Below, one piece after another: positions 44,957 through 54,996 of a DNA stretch of 64,000 bases. The notes beneath the pieces are model-generated. The model did not search any database and was not told the origin of the DNA. It saw nothing but the letters and a program-made list of their open reading frames with translations. A program made the position numbers and the translations under genes. This DNA is from Macrostomum hystrix. Its lineage: Eukaryota > Animalia > Platyhelminthes. The stretch covers positions 3,348,001 through 3,412,000 of the forward strand of contig CATNEN010000025.1 of assembly GCA_950097015.1 (NCBI GenBank). The letters run 5' to 3'. The number at the start of each line of letters is the position of its first letter. Position 1 is the first letter of the stretch.

Positions 44957-45706
44957 TCACAGGTTGAGAAAGCCGGGCTGCTTGGTCTGGCCGAACAGAG
45001 GATCGGCGCTGCCTCTAGCAGGCGGCACATTGTAGATTGAACCCTTCATGCCGCGAACGCTGCGAGACGCCCGAAGGCTGCGGCGGCTGGTGATGGTTAG
45101 GGCGACTGCCAGAACGATCGAGATTAGGAGTAGCAGAGAAGCGACGATGGCGAGGCCAACGGTGAGTGGATCTTTGAAGTGGCTGCCAAAGACGCCTGCT
45201 TCGGCAGGGCAGGCAGTTTGAGCGGCCGTTGGAGTGGCGTCGGTGACACGAGCAGTGGACGAGACATCGGTAGGAGTAGAGTTGGCAGCGTCGGTGGGAA
45301 CTGTCGGGGTACCTGACGGAGGCTTGGAGTCTTGGCCAGTCTGTGCGAGCCTGATGAATAGCGAGAAGGTGATCAGCCTGCCACTGACACTGTCGGTGCA
45401 CAGCAGCACGTGCGGCCCGCTGAAGCGCCTGTCGACGGACTGAGAGGCGGAGTCCTTGAACATCAGCTGGCCTGTAGCGGAGTCCAGCTGCAGCTCCGAG
45501 TTGCTCTGAAAGTGTGTAGTCTGCAGGTGAACACCCGGCCCAACGGTCAGCACCGGCTGATCTGGGGCCTGCAGCGGCACCACCACGGTTTCGAACTCGG
45601 GTGGGCATCGGACCAGCCGTTGCGGCCCCGATCGGGGTCGGATTGCAACGGCATCGAAGGCGCTGAGCATTGTCAGCAGCCACAGCAGCACTTGTAAGAG
45701 ATACAT
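44957..45706 (-). CDS. Small type-I membrane protein, cadherin-like domain (paralog 3, 249 aa)
   Basis: Signal MYLLQVLLWLLTMLSA; same domain; long T/P/S stalk; TM; tail IYNVP..DPLF; TATAAA at 45806-45811. Confidence 0.87.
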   Translation of the reverse strand: MYLLQVLLWLLTMLSAFDAVAIRPRSGPQRLVRCPPEFETVVVPLQAPDQPVLTVGPGVHLQTTHFQSNSELQLDSATGQLMFKDSASQSVDRRFSGPHVLLCTDSVSGRLITFSLFIRLAQTGQDSKPPSGTPTVPTDAANSTPTDVSSTARVTDATPTAAQTACPAEAGVFGSHFKDPLTVGLAIVASLLLLISIVLAVALTITSRRSLRASRSVRGMKGSIYNVPPARGSADPLFGQTKQPGFLNL

Positions 45707-46308
45707 CTCGAGTTAAAGGGCCGCTTTAAGATTTTTAATTCTTAGTAAGCACGTTAGTGAAGGTTGCAAGTGCCAGCCGTGGAAAAACTTTTGCGGTGTC
45801 GACAATTTATAAGAGAGCTTTTAAACAGCTCTTTACCCTCTCGTCCCGCGGGTGTCCCGCGGGCAATAAGAGTGTAAGCGTATCATCATGATGCTAATAA
45901 TAGCTATCTTTGCTATGTTATGAGGGAGGAATAAGGTGCTATTATATTGTGTGAACATGGAACTTCATCGTATGAGTCATATCACAATTTGCTGCGAACA
46001 GAAAGTTACGTTGCGTTAATTTTATATTTAGTTAAACATTAGCGAACGTAGCTAAAGTAGGACAGTGAAAGAACATGAATCTCGAGAATCGAATTGTATA
46101 ATATGATATATAAATTGTAAATTAATAAATAAGTAAAAAAAATAATATGTGCTGAGAAATTGAAGACAACCAAGTGAACCCATTTCATATCTCACATTTC
46201 TCTCAATATTTTATCTCTGGCTTACCACTGTACAACGATCATAAACTTATAAATTATACTGTCGATTATTTTCTGTACATAAATTGTAAATAAAAGAAAA
46301 AATAAATT

Positions 46309-46661
46309 GGCAATGTTCTACTTCCGTTCGTTATATTATTTTTTTGTTTGCAAACGACAGATAACGACAAAAAACAAGTTTAACGGCAACAAAAAGTCAG
46401 TAGTTTGGTCACACAGTTCTGAAAAGTCTTGGTCAGTCTTTCTTCTTTCAAACCGGGTAATAGTGCCTAATCCAGTAGAGGAGGGCACCGAAGCTATTCT
46501 TGGGGTATAGACAGCGCCATTTGCCAGATTTTGCCATAGACATAGATCCAAGTGTCAAGTCACGGCAAAGCCACGTCAGCACAACTTTTTCAAACTCAGA
46601 ATCCATGTGTGGCACGAATACAAACGAAAAAAAATGTAGCGAACGGAAGTAGAACATTGCC
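46309..46661. mobile_element. MITE, 353 bp, 22-bp perfect TIRs (GGCAATGTTCTACTTCCGTTCG), 8-bp TSD AATAAATT
   Basis: 46309-46330 is the exact reverse complement of 46640-46661; AATAAATT at 46301-46308 and 46662-46669. Confidence 0.88.
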
Positions 46662-47313
46662 AATAAATTCGATAAGCATATGGTAGCAGTCATTTATTGT
46701 GTGTAAAACACTGGCTATAGGCTGCTTAAAATTTTAGTATAAAGGACCAGCTCATCGAACCCCCATCAAGATATTATAGGAGACTACAGTCATACAGCAG
46801 GTATCTGTTAGATAATAAAAATTAAAGCTTATAACGCTTATACTGACTAAGTTTCAGTTAGATTCGAATTTAAATGATAACTAAAAATTTTCCACCACTT
46901 GTAACTTTCTTCTGATTGACCTGCAAATAAGCCAAAAAGAGGCCATAGTAAAGAAATCGAACGGTTCCATTCTTTATATTTGTAATTATGGCAATACTTC
47001 ATATTCAATTATTAAATGGGCCAATATATACAAAAACAATTGCAACACATGCGAAATATAAGCATCTAGAAATGTTTAGATGCAAGATGTAATAACGCAA
47101 AAACTGTATGCCTAATTACGGATACAACCTAATCGTATTACGCGATAACAAAATAGCAGACTGAGAGGAGAGATCTGTCACCATGACACAATATGATATA
47201 ATTGTGAAATTGGGATGGGGTGGTTCATGTGGAGTGAGCAGAGGTCAATACGGGTGTGGAGTGGGGTCAGGCAGATCAAGCTGTCACTGTCGTTGTCTCT
47301 CTTTGGGTTTACA

Positions 47314-47907
47314 CTACACAACAACTTTTTCTATTGGAAGCTTCTGCGAGGCGATGAAATTCCGGAAGTCTCGGTAGGGTCGATCGGCCGTCAGAAACTG
47401 GCTTCGTCGACTACGACGATGACGAAGCGACACTGTCAAGATCACTATTAGGGTGACTGTGAGGGCGCCCGCGAGGGCGAAGGCGACGCCAATGATTAGG
47501 GCGAAAATTTCGCGAGTCTCATTGCTCAGCAAGTATAACTTATGAGTGCTCAGGCTAATTAGTAGCGAGAAGGTGGTCAGCCTGCCACTGACACTGTCGG
47601 TGCACAGCAGCACGTGCGGTCCGCTGAAGCGCCTGTCGACGGACTGAGACGCGGAGTCCTTGAACATCAGCTGGCCTGTAGCCGAGTCCAGCTGCAGCTC
47701 CGAGTTGCTCTGAAAGTGTGTAGTCTGCAGGTGAACACCCGGCCCAACGGTCAGCACCGGCTGATCTGGGGCCTGCAGCGGCACCACCAGGGTTTCGAAC
47801 TCGGGCGGACATCGGACCAGCCTGCGCGGCCCATCCGACGGTCGAGGCGACGCTGAGACGTCGGCGCTGAGAGAGCAGAGAATGACGAGCAGCAGCGGTA
47901 GAGTCAT
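47314..47907 (-). CDS. Small type-I membrane protein, cadherin-like domain (paralog 4, 197 aa)
   Basis: Signal MTLPLLLVILCSLSA; domain nearly identical to paralog 3; very short stalk; TM followed by RHRRSRR. Confidence 0.87.
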   Translation of the reverse strand: MTLPLLLVILCSLSADVSASPRPSDGPRRLVRCPPEFETLVVPLQAPDQPVLTVGPGVHLQTTHFQSNSELQLDSATGQLMFKDSASQSVDRRFSGPHVLLCTDSVSGRLTTFSLLISLSTHKLYLLSNETREIFALIIGVAFALAGALTVTLIVILTVSLRHRRSRRSQFLTADRPYRDFRNFIASQKLPIEKVVV

Positions 47908-48718
47908 TCTGACATATAGTGCAGGATTTGTTAAAAGTACAAAATCTAACCGTATTAGCTACGCTGGGTTGGTTGAGATGGACTGCGAAAAAGATGCGAG
48001 AGATATAATAAATGGATATGTTTAGTTAGTGTTTCCCGCGGAAAACACTTATTGCAAAACTTTGGACCCGGTAAACAAGGCACAGTCGCGCGCACGCGGG
48101 TATGTTATTCTATTTTTAGCAACTGCGTCAACGAATCCACATCGTGCGAGAAGGCCAAAGTCGAGCCCCAAGGTAAACTGTGCAGTGCACAGAATGTTTA
48201 TTTGCAATGCCGATGAGACAGACAATCACATTAAAACTTGCTGCGCTGGTTGATAACTTAAGAAAACAATGGGAACCACGCTTTCCTAACAGCATTGGGA
48301 AGAACAGTTTTGCTACTAGTGCATAAGGTCTCAAATTGTGTGCTCTCTAACAGCAAGAAATAAAAAATGCATGCATTTTTTCAAACCGAACTAGAACTTC
48401 AGGCAAAGGCGTTTCTTGTAGTTGTTCAATGCAAAACAGGTATTAACCTAAGGGTCGCTTCTGTGATTATTATAAAGATCCATTGGCAAAAAAGGACTGA
48501 CTGATTTATTGCTAATTTCTGATTAACAAGCACTTAGAAGACTAAAAAAATAAAAGTCAAGGGACAGAACTGGGGCTGTGTTGAATGTTTTAATGATTTA
48601 TTTTATTTAGTCTATTTCGGTCCATAGGCATCGAACCGATTTTTCCCTTTCTCGAGCTATCCGATTGGCTCATAGATAATCTCCTGTTGTGCTCTCGCCT
48701 CTGGAGGTCACGCTAGAT

Positions 48719-51325
48719 TCAGCGCTGTCTGAAAGGTGAGAAAAAATATTTAGTTTGACAGCTCAGTTTGGCAGTTTGGCAACAGTTCAGCTCACAGAAG
48801 TCAGTGCTGCTTTGCATCGAATTTCTAGCCGTAGTGCAGGAGTTGGCAGCGGGTTCTGATGTCAACGATCTGCGGCTATCAGTAAATTCGCTCGCCTCGC
48901 CGTAAACGTCATTTTCGCCTTCGCTCGACGAGGAGCCGTAAGATGAGTACAGAAAGTGGAGATACTTATCGTCGTCAATTCCACCAGCGTCTTCGCCACC
49001 CACTTCGCCGCCGCCGATTCCACCAGCGTCTTCGCCACCCACTTCGCCGCCGCCGCCTTCGTCGCTGCATTTGGCGCAGCCTTCGCTGCCGCCGTCCTCA
49101 CAGGCACTGACCACATTGTTGCACGCTGTGTCAAGCTTAGCAATGCTAAAGCTAGTTTTCGAGGAACACTCAGCAAAAATTTCGTCGCTGCCAACATCGC
49201 CGGTGTTGGCAGCTACGGTCAGTTCTAATGAGTCGCCGTCGGTCGGACTACGAAACGAAAGCAGCTCCCCGACACCAGGACTGCTGGACGATTCCAGTTC
49301 GTCTGCCACCTGCTGGCTCAGCCAGTGATCCGAAATTTGTAGTAATTAAATACACTATAATTAAAGCAGCAACTTACTAAAACTTGTGGGATTTTGAATA
49401 AAAGCAGAATTACTCACCAGCATGCTGAGTGCGGCCCACTTTGATGCCGCATTTGAGGTCGCTCGTTTGTGCAAAGAAGACCATTCAGTCTGAGGAGCGG
49501 AATGAGAATAGGCATGAGAATAGACTATAAATCCCAAAATATCGCAATGAGCACCTGTAAATCCAAAAAGCTTCGTGCCAGACACAATAATAATATTCTC
49601 AAGAGATCAATAAGAATATATTTATTTATAAGGAAATAAGAGATACCAGCTCAGAGATTGTCCATTCAGGCAACTAACCACGGTAGATGTGCTGACTGAG
49701 TCGCAGTCGGGAATCGATGCCGGATTGCCCTCGGACGAAGCTGCGTCATCCTCAGGGATTAACGATATGGACGCCCTCTCAGCTCTCTCTGTCAGCCACG
49801 CAGATAAGTCAGCTGCATCTGCGGCAGTGGAAGCTTCAGGTCCAGCAGCAGAAGCAGCGGCAGCGTCAAGACCAGCGTCAGCGTCACAGTATTCATCCGC
49901 ATCACCGTCAGCAGCGTCTTCAAAAGCTCTAGTGACAGCGTCAGCTTCAGCGTCAGCATCTGTAGTAGCAGCCGTGTCAGCGGCAGCGTCAGCAATAGCA
50001 GCGGCATCCGTCGATATGGCAACTTCTCTGATTGATGCTGAAGTCACCACGTCATCTTCTGACGTCTGACGTCTGACCTCATCGTCCTCATTGTCTGGCT
50101 CGTCGTCAGCGTCGGCGCAGCTCTCCCGCAGCGCGACTGGCTGAAGCTGGTGCGGCTGCCCTTTTTCTGCTAATCGAATAAAATGATTCGAGTTTAGAGC
50201 CAGGCCCACTCCATGCAGAGAAAAATAAACACTAAAAGTCCTGACTGCACAGGTTTTATAAAGATTCCTGCAAGACTGATTCCGCTCACCATTCCACACA
50301 TCTCCTTGTGTAGCTGGCTGATCAGTCCTTGACGTATTTAGCGTCGTATTGTCGCGCACAATGTCCAAGTCGTTAACCACTTCGGCTCTAAACTGGATGA
50401 CGACCGACTGGGAGCCGTCCGCGTCTGCACCGGGCCGCGGCAGCCGAACCTGACTGGTCAGCGGTCCGGTGTAGGCCAACGATGAGATCCACACCCGACG
50501 TCCACTGCGCCGATGATCGAACAGAATCCCGCCGACGCCGCCAGAGTCATCGACCTTTTGAAGCGTCAGCTGGAAACTGAGCAGCGGCCGGCAGTGCAAA
50601 CACAGTGGCGACTTCACCGGATGTTTGGTGGGGCAGCGCCATAGGCGATAGTCGCGGCCTGTCAGAGCGGCCAGGCTGGCAAAGCCCGAGTTGGGCAGTC
50701 GCTCCATCGGCTGGTGCTCGGACGGATGGCCGTAGCCGCGGTGGAAGAAGTAGGACGCCGACGCTTCCTGATCGGAATCTTCGCACATCTGGTCCTCGCG
50801 AAAGGCTTCGCTCCAGTCGACGATTTTATCGTCGAGGCCGAGACGAAAATTTCGACGTCCATGGCTGACGTCGCGCCGGAAGGTGACATCGGTTGTGGTA
50901 ACTATGATTTCACCACGCACGCGACAGACCTGGAGACGGTGCAGAGCTTTGTCCATCTCGCCGCCGGCTTTTTCGGAGTTGCTGGCAGTATTGGTGGCAC
51001 AGAAATCATTTGATGTTGAGCAGACCGGGTCGCAGATGTTGCTAATCATTTTAAAGTCAGCCAAGTCGGCCTGGGAGTCTTTACTCTCCAGGTTGAAGGG
51101 CGTCCCAGTTGCAATTATCAGATTGGAGCTGTCGCTGGACTCGAAAAGATTCTCAGACTTGCGATTTTCAATCTGCCCCATCTCAAAATCACTCTTGTCA
51201 CCTCCGCAGCATTGAAACTGCCTTTGCCTGCGACGATTTTGAATTGTGATGACGCTGAGAACTAACGTCACAGATAAAACAACGCAGACTAAACAAGTCG
51301 CAGCGATGACCACTGCGAAACTCAT
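48719..51325 (-). CDS. Probable 3-exon gene: N-terminal TM, divergent RLxRCP domain, acidic/Ala-rich low complexity (~769 aa)
   Basis: Exons 51325-49679 (GTG|GTTAGT), 49489-49418 (CCTCAG| acceptor, CTG|GTGAGT donor), 49309-48719, all phase 0. Confidence 0.65.
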
Positions 51326-52064
51326 CGCATCAGAGTTGCTGATTGAATGATACCTGGACTAACTGAGTCTTATTCTCGTAATAAAGTAATTAATCGACAG
51401 CTTCCGAACATGCTTTATTCTTTTGTTTGATTTTTCTCTGGTGAACTTTTCAAGTAGTGCAGTCAGTGTGCGAGAGAATGAAGGGATGCTTCAGTTGCCC
51501 GGCTTGCTTTCTCACTCCTACTATCTATGGTCAAAATGTACCCTTTACCGTGCAGTTGGTGTTGCATAAGAAAGTCAAGAGTTTAATCCGACAAGTGAAA
51601 AGTTGCACGAAAGCACTTTTATATTTTGACAAAAATTTTTATGTATATACTATAATGACCTCTCATTTTTTGTTCTATGGAAAAGAAAGCCCGAGAATGC
51701 ATTTTTAACGCCGGGGCAGCTTCAGATGCGGCTGAAGGCAGCATGTTTGGCAATATAAGTGTAACACAAGTAAAAGACGAACAATAAACAGCTATTGACT
51801 TTAATTAACTCTTTCATGCTCGCAACACACCAGAACAAGCCGGCAAACTTAACTAAAAAACAAAACTGGGAATAAAATGTAAACGAGCGGTGGCATGCAA
51901 TCGCCTTTTTATTTTTCTCAAAAATTACGACATTCTAGTTTACGAAGTTTTTTTCTTTTTAAGCAGAATACACAGATACTAAATACTAAATAAATAAGGT
52001 AAGGTATTCAGTATCTGTGGCAGAATAACAGTAACAAAATTTTGTGCAAGCCGAAAGCCGGATC

Positions 52065-52612
52065 TAGCTTTGTATCTCTTGCTTCGATTCTGGCTTTGTA
52101 TCTCTTGCTTCGATTCTAGCCATGTATTTTCTTGCTTCGATTCTAGCTTTGTATCTCTTGCTTCGATTCTAGCCATGTATCTCTTGCTACGATTCTAGCC
52201 ATGTATCTCTAGCTACGATCCTAGCCATGTATCACTTGCTACGATTCTAGCCATGTATCTCTTGCTACGATTCTCGCTTTGTATCTCTTACTTCGATTCT
52301 AGCCATGTATTTTCTTGCTACGATTCTCGCTTTGTATCTCTTGCTTCGATTCTAGCTTTGTATCTCTTGCTACGATTCTAGCCATGTATCTCTTGCTACG
52401 ATTCTAGCTTTGTATCTCTTGCTACGATTCTAGCCATGTATCTCTTGCTACGATTCTCGCTTTGTATCTCTTGCTACGATTCTAGCCATGTATCTCTTGC
52501 TACGATTCTAGCCATGTATCTCTTGCTACGATTCTAGCCATGTATCTCTTGCTACGATTCTCGCTTTGTATCTCTTGCTACGATTCTAGTTTTGCATCTT
52601 GCTTCGATTTTA
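52065..52612. repeat. 26-bp minisatellite (TATCTCTTGCTACGATTCTAGCCATG)
   Basis: Tandem units. Confidence 0.93.
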
Positions 52613-53084
52613 GAATTAATTGGCTATCTAAACAACACAAACTATAAATCAGTCTTTATATACTTTAATCGCAAAGTACAGTAGACAGAAAATCGATTGA
52701 GAGAAGCAAAAGGCAACAGAAATATAAAAAACACAGAATTGCCGAAATAAATAAGCAAATAAACATTAGCTGCGATTCGAAAAAAGCAAAAAATTGTGCT
52801 GGTTGACCTTGAGCAGAATGAACGAACACGCTACCTACCATAAATAAATAACAGGATAAGGACGAGTTGGTAATACGAAACGAAGCTACTAAGCTTATAA
52901 AAAAATTACCACAAAAGTAAATATTTGGGCCGCATTGTTACTGGTATAAAATGACACTACAGAGGTGCATACTCAGATTTTTAATTGGGAAATGTTTTGA
53001 ATTTAACGAAGTAATTAAGTTAATAATATTATTAACTACAAACTACAAACAGCATCCAAGCAAACAGGCAGCGTATACATTGAC

Positions 53085-53335
53085 GGGTGGGAGCAGCCAG
53101 GCTGAGAATGTACGTGGAGGGGTGGGTGAAGCCCGACTGTCAGTGTACATTTAGGAATGGGTGTAGCCCAACTGTCAATGTACATGAAGGGGTGGGTGCA
53201 AGCCAAACTGCGAATGTACATGGAGGGCGTAGCCCGACTGTCAGTGTACATGAAGGGGTGGGTGCAAGCCAAACTGCGAATGTACATGGAGGGCGTAGCC
53301 CAACTGTCAGTGTACATGAAGGGGTGGGTGCGGCG
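53085..53335. repeat. ~66-bp repeat, 3-4 copies with TGTACA half-units
   Basis: TGTACATGGAGGGCGTAGCCC..TGTACATGAAGGGGTGGGTGC repeated. Confidence 0.8.
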
Positions 53336-54570
53336 TGACTGATTGTAAATGGAGGAAAGAGCGTACATCGAGGGGTGAGTGGGGCTTGGCTGAGACTGTA
53401 CAAATAATGCAAAGGATGTGGTAGTTACGGATTGGCCTCGGCAAAAACATCCTGTTGCAAATTTATGCCCGCTGCTTACATAAAAAAGTGACAACAGAAA
53501 AAATGTCAATTTTTCGACAATTTTCATTTATTCTAAGCCAGTTGATGGAGCCTTTGAACCCAAAAACTTTGCAGGCCTAAAAATGCGAAACTGAAATTAC
53601 TATTACAAAATAGGACTAGGATTTTGTAAAATCCAAAAAACAAAATGGGGAGAGGTAGGAGGGAATAAGCGGAAATAGAGTAGCGAATTCTTGAATAAAA
53701 CAGTTTTTTATTCCGAAAAATGTGTTGCAAAATTGCTTGGAACATGCTTAGTTCACAGATAAGCAGTGAAATAGATAATACAGATCTTTTAAGCTAAATG
53801 TATTATAGAAGAGGTAACTATTTTATGTGTTGGATATTGCAGGATGTTTTTAATTTTAAAACATTTTCTATCTTAGGTGCAGTGATTTAACAACACATCG
53901 TTATAGTAATTCGTGAGTAAATAAAATGATATTTGTAATACTGCGTAAAAATCAAATATGCTTGCGCCACACGCATTTCTAAGCAGGCTAAGGATACCTA
54001 TAGAACTGAGATGCCGTTTAGCTTACTAACAGTAGCATGAAAAGCATGAAAATCTAAATTTTAGTCCGTTAGTATAATATAATATTTTAAAACCGATTTT
54101 AGTAAATCTAAAAATAGCAATCATTCATACTCGATTTAGGCATTCAAGCTCCTTTAAATAAAAGAAATAAGCAAGCCGATTCCAGGAATCCGAAACCATG
54201 AATCCAAAAAACCGCGCAATTTGTGTTGTATTTCTGTGTGCGCAAATAATATTCGGTTTCATAAGTGAGAGATAAGTGAGTTTAATAAGTGAGAGGGACG
54301 GGTGGTGAGCGCGAAGCGACAAGAGTTTCTGCAATGAACAGAAAACACATCTAAGAAAAAAGACCAGCAGTTTGATATAAATAATAAAGGCCGACCTAGA
54401 TTGGAGGAAACCGTTGTTGTTTTTTGTTTTACTAACAATTTAAAGTCACCGCAACATAAACAGAAAATCAATCAAACAAGCAAGCAAACAAACAAAATGC
54501 AAAGTATATTATAACTGATACACCAAGGCTATGCTTAGATTCTGTTGAATCAGTTTATATATTTGGGCGG

Positions 54571-54996
54571 TCAGTAGGGAGCGCCATCAGGTTGGCTGAT
54601 GCTGATCAGTTGCCAGTCGCGAAGCAGCTGCGTCAGCATCACCAGCAGGCAGCAGCAGAGGCCCAGTAGCAGCAGAAGAAAGCCGGGTAGGCTGACGCGG
54701 CCGCCGAAGTTGACAACTAATTCAGAGCTGGCGCCGCGGCAGGAGTTGCTGATTGAGGTGGTCACGGATTTGGTTGCTAATGGCGACGGTTGGCTGCTGT
54801 TGATCTCGGCCTCGCTAATTTGAGTCAGGAGGCGGTCGGTTTCGCTGCGCAACGCCCTGACGCGATTATTCATGTCGCTTAGGCGACCGACGAGCTCAGC
54901 GATGTCGATGTCAGTGAAGAGCTCCGAGGCGCTGTCTAGCTGCTGACGGCACTCGCTGATTACTGAGTCCATTTGTGAGCAGCAATAGTTGCACTC
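54571..54996 (-). CDS. Last exon: helical repeat, TM and KASH-like tail
   Basis: ECNYCCSQMDSVISECRQQLD..SLPGFLLLLLGLCCCLLVMLTQLLRDWQLISISQPDGAPY*. Confidence 0.85.
   Translation of the reverse strand, partial: ECNYCCSQMDSVISECRQQLDSASELFTDIDIAELVGRLSDMNNRVRALRSETDRLLTQISEAEINSSQPSPLATKSVTTSISNSCRGASSELVVNFGGRVSLPGFLLLLLGLCCCLLVMLTQLLRDWQLISISQPDGAPY

Noticed and set aside
41249-50889. Antisense and alternate-frame ORFs over the paralog cluster (e.g. 41249..41503, 45015..45683, 49689..50069)
   Set aside because: Shadows of GC-rich coding sequence with no independent features
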